Below, in pieces: positions 1 to 8,491 of a stretch of DNA of 33,985 nt. The notes under the pieces are model-generated. The model worked only from the letters and a program-made list of their open reading frames with translations. It had not been told where the DNA came from and did no database searches. Origin of the DNA: an uncultured Collinsella sp. GTDB lineage: Bacteria > Actinomycetota > Coriobacteriia > Coriobacteriales > Coriobacteriaceae. The position numbers and the translations under genes were made by a program. How positions within the stretch are numbered: position 1 is the stretch's first letter; every line of letters starts with the position of its first letter. The stretch covers positions 1 through 33,985 of the forward strand of contig CABTAA010000001.1 of NCBI GenBank assembly GCA_902482615.1, given 5' to 3'.

Positions 1-1131
1 CCCCCTGCCGATATCATGGCGTGTCCTGAGTCGATGACGGGCGCTTATCTGACCGGCAAACGAATGATCCGGGTGCCTGATGAACGGCGCAAGCCCGGTC
101 GCGGCTGCCTTAAAATTACGGGCGCTCGAGCCAACAACCTCAAAAACGTTACTGCCCAGATCGAGTTTGGTACGCTTACGGTTGTTACCGGCGTGTCGGG
201 ATCGGGTAAGAGCTCCCTGGTTACCGACACCATTGCGCCTGCCCTTACGAATGCCATTCACCGCTCGACGCGCCCCGTGGGTCCGTATAAGAAAATCGAG
301 GGCATCGAGTGTATCGATAAGGTTATCGATATCGACCAGTCGCCGATTGGCCGCACGCCGCGTTCCAACCCTGCTACCTATATCGGCCTGTGGGATGATC
401 TTCGCGCGCTGTTTGCGAGTACGCCGGAGTCGAAGGCGCGCGGCTACTCGCCGGGTCGTTTCTCCTTTAATGTGAGTGGCGGGCGCTGTGAGGCGTGCAA
501 GGGCGACGGGCAGATCAAGATCGAGATGCACTTCCTTCCCGATATCTACGTTCCCTGCGAAGTTTGCGGCGGTAAACGCTACAACCGCGAGACACTCGAG
601 GTCACCTACCGTGGCAAGACCATCTCGGACGTGCTCGACATGAGCGTCACCGAGGCGCTGGCCTTCTTTGGGAATATCCCGCAGATTAAGCGCAAGCTCC
701 AGACGCTGTACGATGTAGGCTTAGGCTACGTGAGCCTGGGCCAGCCCGCCACGACGCTCTCGGGCGGCGAGGCGCAGCGTGTGAAGCTCGCCAAGGAGCT
801 TCATCGACGCCAGACGGGCAAGACGTTCTATATTTTGGACGAGCCGACGACCGGTCTTCATTTTGAGGACGTCCGCCAGCTGCTCGATGTGCTGCAGCGC
901 TTGGTCGATGCGGGCAACACGGTGCTGGTGATTGAGCACAACCTTGATGTCATCAAGGTTGCCGACCGCCTGATCGATATGGGTCCCGAGGGCGGTAACG
1001 GCGGCGGAACCGTTGTGGTTTCGGGTACACCGGAGCAGGTTGCGGACTGTCCGCAGAGTTATACGGGCAAGTTTTTGGCGCCGTTGCTCAGGCGTGACCG
1101 GGAGCGCCAGGCTCAACTTGATGCTCAATAA
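1..1131 (+). CDS. uvrA: Excinuclease ABC subunit A, C-terminal part (gene starts upstream of the window)
   Basis: Frame is open from base 1. Walker [27 protein letters not shown], zinc finger CEACKGDG...CEVCGG, signature LSGGEAQR, Walker [11 protein letters not shown]. Confidence 0.98.
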   Translation, partial: PPADIMACPESMTGAYLTGKRMIRVPDERRKPGRGCLKITGARANNLKNVTAQIEFGTLTVVTGVSGSGKSSLVTDTIAPALTNAIHRSTRPVGPYKKIEGIECIDKVIDIDQSPIGRTPRSNPATYIGLWDDLRALFASTPESKARGYSPGRFSFNVSGGRCEACKGDGQIKIEMHFLPDIYVPCEVCGGKRYNRETLEVTYRGKTISDVLDMSVTEALAFFGNIPQIKRKLQTLYDVGLGYVSLGQPATTLSGGEAQRVKLAKELHRRQTGKTFYILDEPTTGLHFEDVRQLLDVLQRLVDAGNTVLVIEHNLDVIKVADRLIDMGPEGGNGGGTVVVSGTPEQVADCPQSYTGKFLAPLLRRDRERQAQLDAQ

Positions 1132-1263
1132 ATAGGCGATTCAGTTTATGGGCGCCATCGACTCCTTGTGATTCGATGGCGCTTGCTGTGCCGAAGTGAC
1201 GTATGCAGCCGAATTGGACATATACTTAATCCTTGCGTCCGAATGCGAGGGAAAGGATATGTC

Positions 1264-1764
1264 ATGGCAAAGGCTGTAAAGACGCCAAAAACCAATGCGA
1301 TGCGCGAGCTGGAAAGTGCCGGCATTTCCTATGTTCTACATACGTACGAAGACGATGGTGATGAGTCGGTGGGCCTGGGGGCCGCGATTTCGGAGCAGCT
1401 TGGCGAGGAGCCCGGTCAAGGATTTAAGACTTTGGTCTGTGTGACACCGTCCAACGACCATGTCGTGTGCTGCATCCCTGTTGCCGACGAGCTCGATTTA
1501 AAGTCCGCCGCGCGTGCCGCGGGGGAAAAGTCCTTGGCCATGATGCATGTGAAGGATTTGCTTGCGGCGACTGGCTACGTTCGCGGCGGCTGCAGCCCGG
1601 TCGGTATGAAAAAACGCTACCGGACGCTCATTGATGAGACGTGTGTCCTTTGGGATACCATTTTTATTTCGGGAGGCAAGCGTGGTTATCAGCTCGAGCT
1701 TGCACCCGATGATTTAATTGCATTTTGCGGGGCGACGGTTGCCGCGATTACGAGAGAGGACTGA
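1264..1764 (+). CDS. ybaK: Cys-tRNA(Pro) deacylase, YbaK/EbsC family
   Basis: KTNAMR N-terminus, FKTLV, TGYVRGGCSPVG and SGGKRG motifs. ATG at 1264 follows GGAAAGGA, so it is preferred over the ORF-track start 1168. Confidence 0.9.
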   Translation: MAKAVKTPKTNAMRELESAGISYVLHTYEDDGDESVGLGAAISEQLGEEPGQGFKTLVCVTPSNDHVVCCIPVADELDLKSAARAAGEKSLAMMHVKDLLAATGYVRGGCSPVGMKKRYRTLIDETCVLWDTIFISGGKRGYQLELAPDDLIAFCGATVAAITRED

Positions 1765-1767
1765 GCG

Positions 1768-3450
1768 ATGCCGCAGGAAGAATTGAAGCGCGGAGCTCAT
1801 TTTGCAAAAGAATCTGCGCCTCAGACACCCTCATCCGAAGCTCCTTCGTCGCGAGATGACACTGACGACATGGGCTCGTCGGACTACTCCACGGTTGGTC
1901 GTTCCGCCGGGCTTATGACCATCCTGACTATCGTGTCTCGTGTCACCGGTTTTATCCGCACGTGGGCAATGGCGGCCGCTATCGGCATGTCGCTACTCTC
2001 GTCCTCCTATCAGGTCGCCAACAACCTGCCCAATATGCTCTACGAACTCGTGATGGGTGGCATGCTCGTGACGGCGTTTTTGCCCGTGTACATGGGCGTG
2101 AGGCGTGAGCAGGGTCGCGAGGCCTCGAACGAGTACGTGGGCAACCTGCTCGGCATTCTGCTTTTGGTGCTGGGTGGCATTTCGTTGCTGGGGACCGTGT
2201 TCGCCCCGGGCTTTATCTGGACGCAATCGTTCCTTTCGGGTGACGGCGGCAGCATGGATACCGCTGCGTTCATGTTCCGTTTCTTTGCCATCCAGATTCT
2301 GTTCTATGGTTTTGGCTCGGTGTTTTCGGGCGTTCTCAACGCACACCGCGACTACTTCTGGTCGACGTTTGCCCCGGTCCTCAACAATGTGATCGTCATT
2401 GCGAGCTTTATGGGTTTTGCGCCCGTGTCCGCACAGTTTGGCGAACGTGCCGGCATCATCTTAATTGCGGCCGGTACGACCCTCGGTGTCTTTGTTCAGA
2501 TGGCATGTCAGATCCCCGCGCTTGGCAAGCACGGCGTGCATCCCCATATCCATATCGACTTTAAGGACCCCGCGCTGCGCCAGACGATTGCGCTCGGTAT
2601 CCCGACGCTGCTCGCCACGGTGTGCATGTTTGTCTCGACTTCTATCACCAACGCTGCCGCGCTGGTGGTCCAGCCCGAGACTGGTCCTTCCGTCATCGCC
2701 TATGCGCGCCTGTGGTACACGCTGCCCTACGCGCTGATTGCCGCCTCGCTTTCGACGGCGCTCTATACCGAGCTCTCTCACGACGCGCAGGAGAAGGATT
2801 ACGACAGCGTTCGCACGGGCATTTCGCGTGGCGTCGCCCAGATGCTGTTCTTCCTGATTCCGTTCGCGCTGTACCTGATTGTCTTCGCGCGTCCGCTCAA
2901 CATGATTTACTGTGCCGGCAAGTTTGATGAGTCCGGCGTGGCGCTGGTGTCCGAGTTCCTTGTCTACCTGGCGTTCTCGCTGCCGCTCTACGGCGTGGTC
3001 GTGTTGATGCAGAAGAGCTTCTCTGCCTTGCTCGACATGAAGCCCTATAGCCGCTATTGCCTGTATTCCGCCATCGGCCAGGCCGGCTCGGTTCTGCTGT
3101 TTGGCGTTGTGCTGGGCTTCGGTATGCCGGCAATCGCGCTTTCGTATGTCGTCGACTACGTGATCTTGGTCGGTTGTTCGCTGTGGTGGCTGCGTCGTCG
3201 TCTGCGTGGTCTTCAGGTCAAATCTATCCTGCATGGCGGTTTCTTTGGCCTTTTGCTCGGTGGCATGGGTGCTGCCGCAGGCGCCGGCGTCATGTGGGCG
3301 CTTGAGCACTTTGTCGGCGCACTTGGCGGCTCGATTCTGATTACTCTTGGCTACGTTTGCGTTGCCGGTGTCGTCTCGCTTGCTGTTACCTTTGGCCTTG
3401 CCGTCGTCCTTAAGATGCCCGAGGTCTCGGCGCTGCTTCGTCGCAAGTAG
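1768..3450 (+). CDS. murJ: Lipid II flippase MurJ/MviN
   Basis: SRVTGFIR, ANNLPNMLYEL, GVLNAH and APVLNNV motifs with many hydrophobic helices. Confidence 0.9.
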   Translation: MPQEELKRGAHFAKESAPQTPSSEAPSSRDDTDDMGSSDYSTVGRSAGLMTILTIVSRVTGFIRTWAMAAAIGMSLLSSSYQVANNLPNMLYELVMGGMLVTAFLPVYMGVRREQGREASNEYVGNLLGILLLVLGGISLLGTVFAPGFIWTQSFLSGDGGSMDTAAFMFRFFAIQILFYGFGSVFSGVLNAHRDYFWSTFAPVLNNVIVIASFMGFAPVSAQFGERAGIILIAAGTTLGVFVQMACQIPALGKHGVHPHIHIDFKDPALRQTIALGIPTLLATVCMFVSTSITNAAALVVQPETGPSVIAYARLWYTLPYALIAASLSTALYTELSHDAQEKDYDSVRTGISRGVAQMLFFLIPFALYLIVFARPLNMIYCAGKFDESGVALVSEFLVYLAFSLPLYGVVVLMQKSFSALLDMKPYSRYCLYSAIGQAGSVLLFGVVLGFGMPAIALSYVVDYVILVGCSLWWLRRRLRGLQVKSILHGGFFGLLLGGMGAAAGAGVMWALEHFVGALGGSILITLGYVCVAGVVSLAVTFGLAVVLKMPEVSALLRRK

Positions 3451-5397
3451 GTGCGTGTGGCCGGTCACGACAACATTCCAACACTCGCCGAGCAGGTTTC
3501 GCGCGTTCCCACGCAGCCCGGATGCTACCTTTGGAAGGATGCCAAGGGCGATGTCATCTACGTTGGCAAGGCGAAAAACCTGCGTTCCCGTATGCGCCAG
3601 TACGTGACGCTGCAGGATGAGCGTCAAAAGATCCCGCTGATGATGCAGCTGGTGGCGAGCTTTGACTACATCGTTGTCGAAACCGAGCATGAGGCGCTTG
3701 TACTCGAGCGCAACCTGATCGGCCAGTACCATCCGTACTTTAACGTCGACCTCAAGGATGACAAGAGCTACCCCTTTATCGCCATTACAAAGGGCGACCT
3801 GTATCCCGCTATCAAATACACGCGTGAGCGTCATAAGCCGGGAACGCGCTATTTTGGACCCTATACCGATAGCCGTGCGGCACGTGAGACGATAGATACG
3901 CTGCGCAAGGTTATCCCCATCTGCTCTGCATCCTGTGCGGAGTGGCGTCGTTGTCGCCGTATCATCGAGTCCCACAAGGGCGAGGAAGACATCGTCAATA
4001 TGATTTGCGCGCAAAACGGGCGTCCCTGCTTCGACTACCATGTCGGGCGCGGGCCGGGTGCGTGTGTCGGCGCGATTTCCCCGGCAGACTATGCCAAGAA
4101 CGTCAAGCGTGTCGAGCGCTTTTTGTCGGGCCATCGCAAGGATGTCGTCGACGAGCTGACTTCCGAGATGGCGGATGCCGCCGAGGCACTCGATTTTGAG
4201 CGCGCGGCACGCGTCAAGCGTCGTTTGGAGGTCATCAGGGGTCTGGACGACCGTCAGCAAGTCGTTTTTCCCTCCAGTGTCGATATCGATGTCATCGGTT
4301 TCTATCGCGAGGAGACCATCTCTGCCGCTTGCGTCTTTGTCGTGCGTGAGGGCCGAACAGTTCGCACCTGCGAGTTCATTCTTGACAAGGGTCTTGATGT
4401 TGACGAGGAAGAGCTCCAGTCGGGCTTTCTTAAGCGCTATTACGACGAGACGGCTGATATTCCAGCTGAGATAAACCTCTCTGTCGAGCTTGAGGATGCG
4501 GAGGCGCTGGGGGAGTGGCTTGCAGGCAAGCGCGAGCGTTCCTGCCATCTCCATAGGCCGCAGCGTGGCGAAAAGCACCGTTTGCTCGATATGGCATCCA
4601 AAAATGCGCGCCATGCCCTCATGCGCTACATGATGCGAACGGGGTACGCTGACGACCGCACCAATCAAGCGCTCCTGGAGCTCGAAAGCGCGCTGGCGCT
4701 GCCGGCGCCGCCGATGCGTATCGAGTGCTTCGATATCTCGACGCTGCATGGAACCTTTACCGTCGCCTCGATGGTGGTGTTTACCAACGGACGCGCCGAC
4801 AAGAGCCAGTACCGTCGTTTTAAAATTCAGGCCGAATTGGACGAGGCGAACGACTTCGTATCGATGTCCGAGGTCCTGGGGCGTCGCTATGCTCCCGAGC
4901 GCATGGCGGACGAGCGCTTTGGCTCGCGTCCCGATTTGCTCGTTGTCGATGGCGGCAAGCCGCAATTGACCGCTGCAATTAAGCAACTTGAGGCGCTTGG
5001 CCTCGATATACCAGTTTGTGGCTTGGCAAAGGCCGATGAGGAGGTTTTCGTGCCGTGGGACGAGACTCCCGTCGTGCTACCGACCGGCTCCGCTTCGCTT
5101 TATCTGATCAAGCAGGTTCGCGATGAATCCCACCGATTTGCGATTACGTTCCACCGCGAGTTGCGCAATAAGGCTATGACGGTTTCGGTGCTTGACGACG
5201 TTCCGGGCGTGGGACCCACCAGAAAACGTGCCATTATGCGCCATTTTGGCTCGATGAAGCGTTTGCGCGCGGCAAGCGAGCAGGAGATTGCGGAAGTTCG
5301 AGGCGTTCCGGCCGATGTCGCCAAAGCGGTCCACGAGGCACTTGTTGCATGGAATGCCGAGCGCGCCAAGGCATCGGCCAGCCGTTCCGAAAACTAA
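3451..5397 (+). CDS. uvrC: Excinuclease ABC subunit C (start may be GTG 3457)
   Basis: GIY-YIG domain (PGCYLWKD...IYVGKAKNLR), UVR domain (LDFERAARV), RNase H-like RIECFDIS and VDGGKPQL, C-terminal HhH VPGVG. Confidence 0.97.
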   Translation: MRVAGHDNIPTLAEQVSRVPTQPGCYLWKDAKGDVIYVGKAKNLRSRMRQYVTLQDERQKIPLMMQLVASFDYIVVETEHEALVLERNLIGQYHPYFNVDLKDDKSYPFIAITKGDLYPAIKYTRERHKPGTRYFGPYTDSRAARETIDTLRKVIPICSASCAEWRRCRRIIESHKGEEDIVNMICAQNGRPCFDYHVGRGPGACVGAISPADYAKNVKRVERFLSGHRKDVVDELTSEMADAAEALDFERAARVKRRLEVIRGLDDRQQVVFPSSVDIDVIGFYREETISAACVFVVREGRTVRTCEFILDKGLDVDEEELQSGFLKRYYDETADIPAEINLSVELEDAEALGEWLAGKRERSCHLHRPQRGEKHRLLDMASKNARHALMRYMMRTGYADDRTNQALLELESALALPAPPMRIECFDISTLHGTFTVASMVVFTNGRADKSQYRRFKIQAELDEANDFVSMSEVLGRRYAPERMADERFGSRPDLLVVDGGKPQLTAAIKQLEALGLDIPVCGLAKADEEVFVPWDETPVVLPTGSASLYLIKQVRDESHRFAITFHRELRNKAMTVSVLDDVPGVGPTRKRAIMRHFGSMKRLRAASEQEIAEVRGVPADVAKAVHEALVAWNAERAKASASRSEN

Positions 5398-5489
5398 ACG
5401 CGCTTCTAAACAACTGATATACATGATTGGCTGATTTTCAATCATTTATTTCGCGGCGATTACCTCCTGATTTCGGGTTTTATTAACGC

Positions 5490-5530
5490 TAAAACGTTTG
5501 ACTAGCCATGGTGAATAACCCTGCTATCCT
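5490..5530 (+). promoter_or_regulatory. Candidate promoter/operator region of the sialic acid operon
   Basis: AT-rich intergenic stretch. Extended -10-like TG-C-TATCCT at 5522-5530, TTGACT at 5498-5503 (21 nt spacer, longer than normal), near-palindrome TAAAACGTTTGA at 5490-5501. Confidence 0.4.
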
Positions 5531-5762
5531 GCGGGTTGACGAAGACTGATATCTCACCTCGTCGATACATACTGTCTGGCGAATCGTTTGTCAATGAATT
5601 CGGTGAACGGTAGTAAATACCGTTCAAGCGTATGTATGTATCGGTCGCCGAGCGCGGCACCTCAGTTGGGTCCGTCGGTAGGTAAGGTATATATCGTCCG
5701 CAAGTTGCGCGGGGGCAAGTCTAGGTGCTCCCGGGTAAGATTCTCTATTGATAGGAGAAGAC

Positions 5763-7376
5763 ATGGCCATCATCAACAAGGGTATGTCCAGGCGTTCGTT
5801 CCTCGGCCTCACCGGCAGCGTCGCTGCTGTCGCAGGGCTTGGTCTCACCGGCTGCGGTGGCAGCTCCAACGACGAGGGTTCCGCTTCCGGTTCCACCGAT
5901 TCCGCCAACCGTGGCGGCGGCGTGATCACCGCTGGTTCCGCTTACGCTCCGTCCAGCTTCGACCCCGCCAGCACCGGCTCCGCTGTGGGCCTGGGTGCTA
6001 ACTGGCACGTCATCGAGGGCCTCTATGGCATCGATTACCACGACTACAGCACCTTCAACGAGCTCGCCACCGACGATCCCAAGTCCGTGGACGACACTAC
6101 CTTCGAGGTCACCATCCGCAAGGGCGCCAAGTTCTCCGATGGCACCGAGGTCACTGCTGACGACGTCGTTGCCTCCTACACCGCTTGCGCTGCTTCCGCT
6201 ACCTATGCTCCGTTCTTCCAGCCCTTCGAGTCCATCGAGGCCAAGGACGCCAGCACTGTAACGGTCAAGACCAAGGTCCCCAACTTCTCCCTGCTCAAGG
6301 ATCGTCTGGCCATCATCCGCGTTACCCCGGCTACCCAGGCCGAGGAGGATCGCGCTAAGCAGCCGATCGGTTCGGGCCCCTGGATGTATGACTCTATCTC
6401 CGATACCGAGATCACCCTGGTTCCCAACCCCGAGTACAACGGTGAGTATGCTGCCGAGGATAAGAAGATCCAGTACAGCATCCTGACCGACCCCACCGCT
6501 CGCGTTACCGCTCAGCAGGAGGGCTCCACGCTCGTTATGGAGCTCGTCACCGCTGACGCCGTCGACCAGCTCGAGAGCGCTGGCTGCAAGATCGATAACG
6601 TTCAGGGTTTCGGCACCCGCTTCATCATGTTCAACGTCGCCAAGGAGCCTTGGAACAACGTCAAGGTTCGTCAGGCCGTCATGTACGCGCTCGACACCGA
6701 GAAGATGATCACCAACACCTTCGCCGGCCTTGCCACCGCTGCCAGCTGCTACCTGCCCAAGAGCTTCACTAACTATCATGAGGCTTCCACGGTGTACAAG
6801 ACTGACGCCAAGAAGGCCAAGAAGCTCATCGAGGAGTCTGGCATCACCCCGGGCGCCATCACCCTGCGCACCACCGACAACGAGCAGATCAAGGGCATGG
6901 CCGCCCAGGTCAAGAACGACCTCGACGCTCTCGGCTTCGATGTGACCATCCAGACCGATACCTCGCCGGCCACCTACGCTGCCATCGACGGCGGCGAGGC
7001 CTACGATATCCTCCTTGCCCCTGGCGATCCTTCCTGCTTCGGCGCCGACCCCGACCTGCTGCTCAACTGGTGGTACGGCGACAACGTCTGGATGCAGACC
7101 CGTTGCCCGTGGAAGGAGTCCGCTGAGTGGGAGAAGCTCCACGGTCTCATGGACGAGGCTCTTGCCGCCGAGGGCGACGAGCAGCAGAAGAAGTGGAACG
7201 AGTGCTTCGATATCATCGCTGACAACGCCGTTCTGTACCCCGTTGTCCACGTCAAGACCGTCTCCGCTTCCTGGGACGATCCGTCCACCGCGCCCAACGG
7301 CGAGGCCCTCGATGGCTTCAAGGGCATCGGTACGACGAGCATGTCCTTCAGGGGCGTCGCGACCGTCAAGGCCTAA
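5763..7376 (+). CDS. Family-5 ABC solute-binding lipoprotein, probably for sialic acid (Neu5Ac)
   Basis: ATG after AGGAG. Twin-arginine SRRSFL plus lipobox LTGC. OppA/DppA-type motifs AKFSDGTEVTADDV, PIGSGPW, VRQAVMYALD. Substrate inferred from linkage to nanAKE. Confidence 0.88.
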   Translation: MAIINKGMSRRSFLGLTGSVAAVAGLGLTGCGGSSNDEGSASGSTDSANRGGGVITAGSAYAPSSFDPASTGSAVGLGANWHVIEGLYGIDYHDYSTFNELATDDPKSVDDTTFEVTIRKGAKFSDGTEVTADDVVASYTACAASATYAPFFQPFESIEAKDASTVTVKTKVPNFSLLKDRLAIIRVTPATQAEEDRAKQPIGSGPWMYDSISDTEITLVPNPEYNGEYAAEDKKIQYSILTDPTARVTAQQEGSTLVMELVTADAVDQLESAGCKIDNVQGFGTRFIMFNVAKEPWNNVKVRQAVMYALDTEKMITNTFAGLATAASCYLPKSFTNYHEASTVYKTDAKKAKKLIEESGITPGAITLRTTDNEQIKGMAAQVKNDLDALGFDVTIQTDTSPATYAAIDGGEAYDILLAPGDPSCFGADPDLLLNWWYGDNVWMQTRCPWKESAEWEKLHGLMDEALAAEGDEQQKKWNECFDIIADNAVLYPVVHVKTVSASWDDPSTAPNGEALDGFKGIGTTSMSFRGVATVKA

Positions 7377-7436
7377 GACTCGCTTGAGTCATATGTGGGG
7401 CGTCGGTCGTAAGGCAACGTCTTCATAGTTGAAACA

Positions 7437-7470
7437 AAGACCCGGGCGGCCTCGATGTCGCTCGGGTCTT
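7437..7470 (+). terminator. Stem-loop after the solute-binding gene (mRNA stabiliser or partial terminator)
   Basis: AAGACCCGGGCGGC / GTCGCTCGGGTCTT, 14 bp with G-U pairs; no strong U tract. Confidence 0.55.
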
Positions 7471-7531
7471 GTGATGAGTATCCATACTCATATACCAGTT
7501 GGTCCTACCGACAAAAGAAAGGGGAGAGAAC

Positions 7532-8488
7532 GTGAACAACTTTCTACGTTTGATTGGAAGGCGTCTCGTGGCGCTGCCGATCATGGCATTGGGCGTCACC
7601 GTCCTGGTGTTCTTCCTTATGTCGTTCTCCAAGACCGACCCCGCCTATACGGCGTTGGGTGACGGTGCCTCGCCCGAGGCGGTTGCCGAGTACCATGAGA
7701 AGTATGGTCTGGACGACCCCTGGCCCGTGCGCTACGTGCGCTACATGGGCGATCTGATCCATGGTGACATGGGCACCTATGGTGCTGCTCGCAACTCCGT
7801 TGCCAAGCGCATCTCCACGGCCCTGCCCGTCACGATGCAGCTGACCTTCATCGGTCTTGCCATCGGCGCGGTCGTCTCGTTTTTGCTCGGCGTCATCGCG
7901 GCACTGTATCGCGATAAATGGCCGGACCAAGTGATCCGCGTCTTCTCTATCGCCGGCTTGGCAACCCCGTCGTTCTGGCTTGCCGTTCTGTTGATTCTGC
8001 TGTTCTCTTCCTACCTTAAGGTGCTTCCGGCGTCCGGTGCTCTGCCTCACTTCACCACCAACCCGGCTGGCTATCTGGGACGTATGATCATGCCCGCTAT
8101 CGCTCTGGCATTCCCGCTGACGGGCCAGATGACTCGTATCGTGCGTACGGCCATGGTTGAGGAGCTCGATAAGGACTATGTCCGTATGGCTCGCGGCGCC
8201 GGCGTTCCCGAGAAGGTCGTCGTCGGCATCAACGTTTTGCGCAACGCGCTGATCACCCCGGTCACCACCCTCGGTCTTAAGATCGGTTACCTTATGGGCG
8301 GTGCCGTCGTCATCGAGGTCATCTTCAACCTCCCCGGCATGGGTACTGCGATTCTGCAGGGCGTTCAGGGCAACGAGGCGAACCTGGTTCAGGGCGTCGT
8401 CATCGTCGTTGCTCTTGCCTTCATCATCATCAACATCGTGGTTGACATGCTCTACCTGCTCATCAACCCGCGCATCAGGACGGTGTAG
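7532..8488 (+). CDS. ABC permease, DppB/OppB type (sialic acid importer)
   Basis: GTG after AAAGGGGAG; GDMG motif, PSFWLA, EAA loop DYVRMARGAG, LRNAL. Confidence 0.92.
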   Translation: MNNFLRLIGRRLVALPIMALGVTVLVFFLMSFSKTDPAYTALGDGASPEAVAEYHEKYGLDDPWPVRYVRYMGDLIHGDMGTYGAARNSVAKRISTALPVTMQLTFIGLAIGAVVSFLLGVIAALYRDKWPDQVIRVFSIAGLATPSFWLAVLLILLFSSYLKVLPASGALPHFTTNPAGYLGRMIMPAIALAFPLTGQMTRIVRTAMVEELDKDYVRMARGAGVPEKVVVGINVLRNALITPVTTLGLKIGYLMGGAVVIEVIFNLPGMGTAILQGVQGNEANLVQGVVIVVALAFIIINIVVDMLYLLINPRIRTV

Positions 8489-8491
8489 ATT

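Noticed and set aside
5501..5560. GTTGACGAAG resembles the GUUGACGAGG core of the glmS ribozyme, attractive beside amino-sugar genes
   Set aside because: The AGCGCC cleavage-site segment and the downstream conserved core are absent.
5588..6001. 137 aa ORF overlapping the nan leader as a leader peptide
   Set aside because: TTG start with no SD, out-of-frame overlap with the binding-protein gene, and composition typical of a shadow frame.
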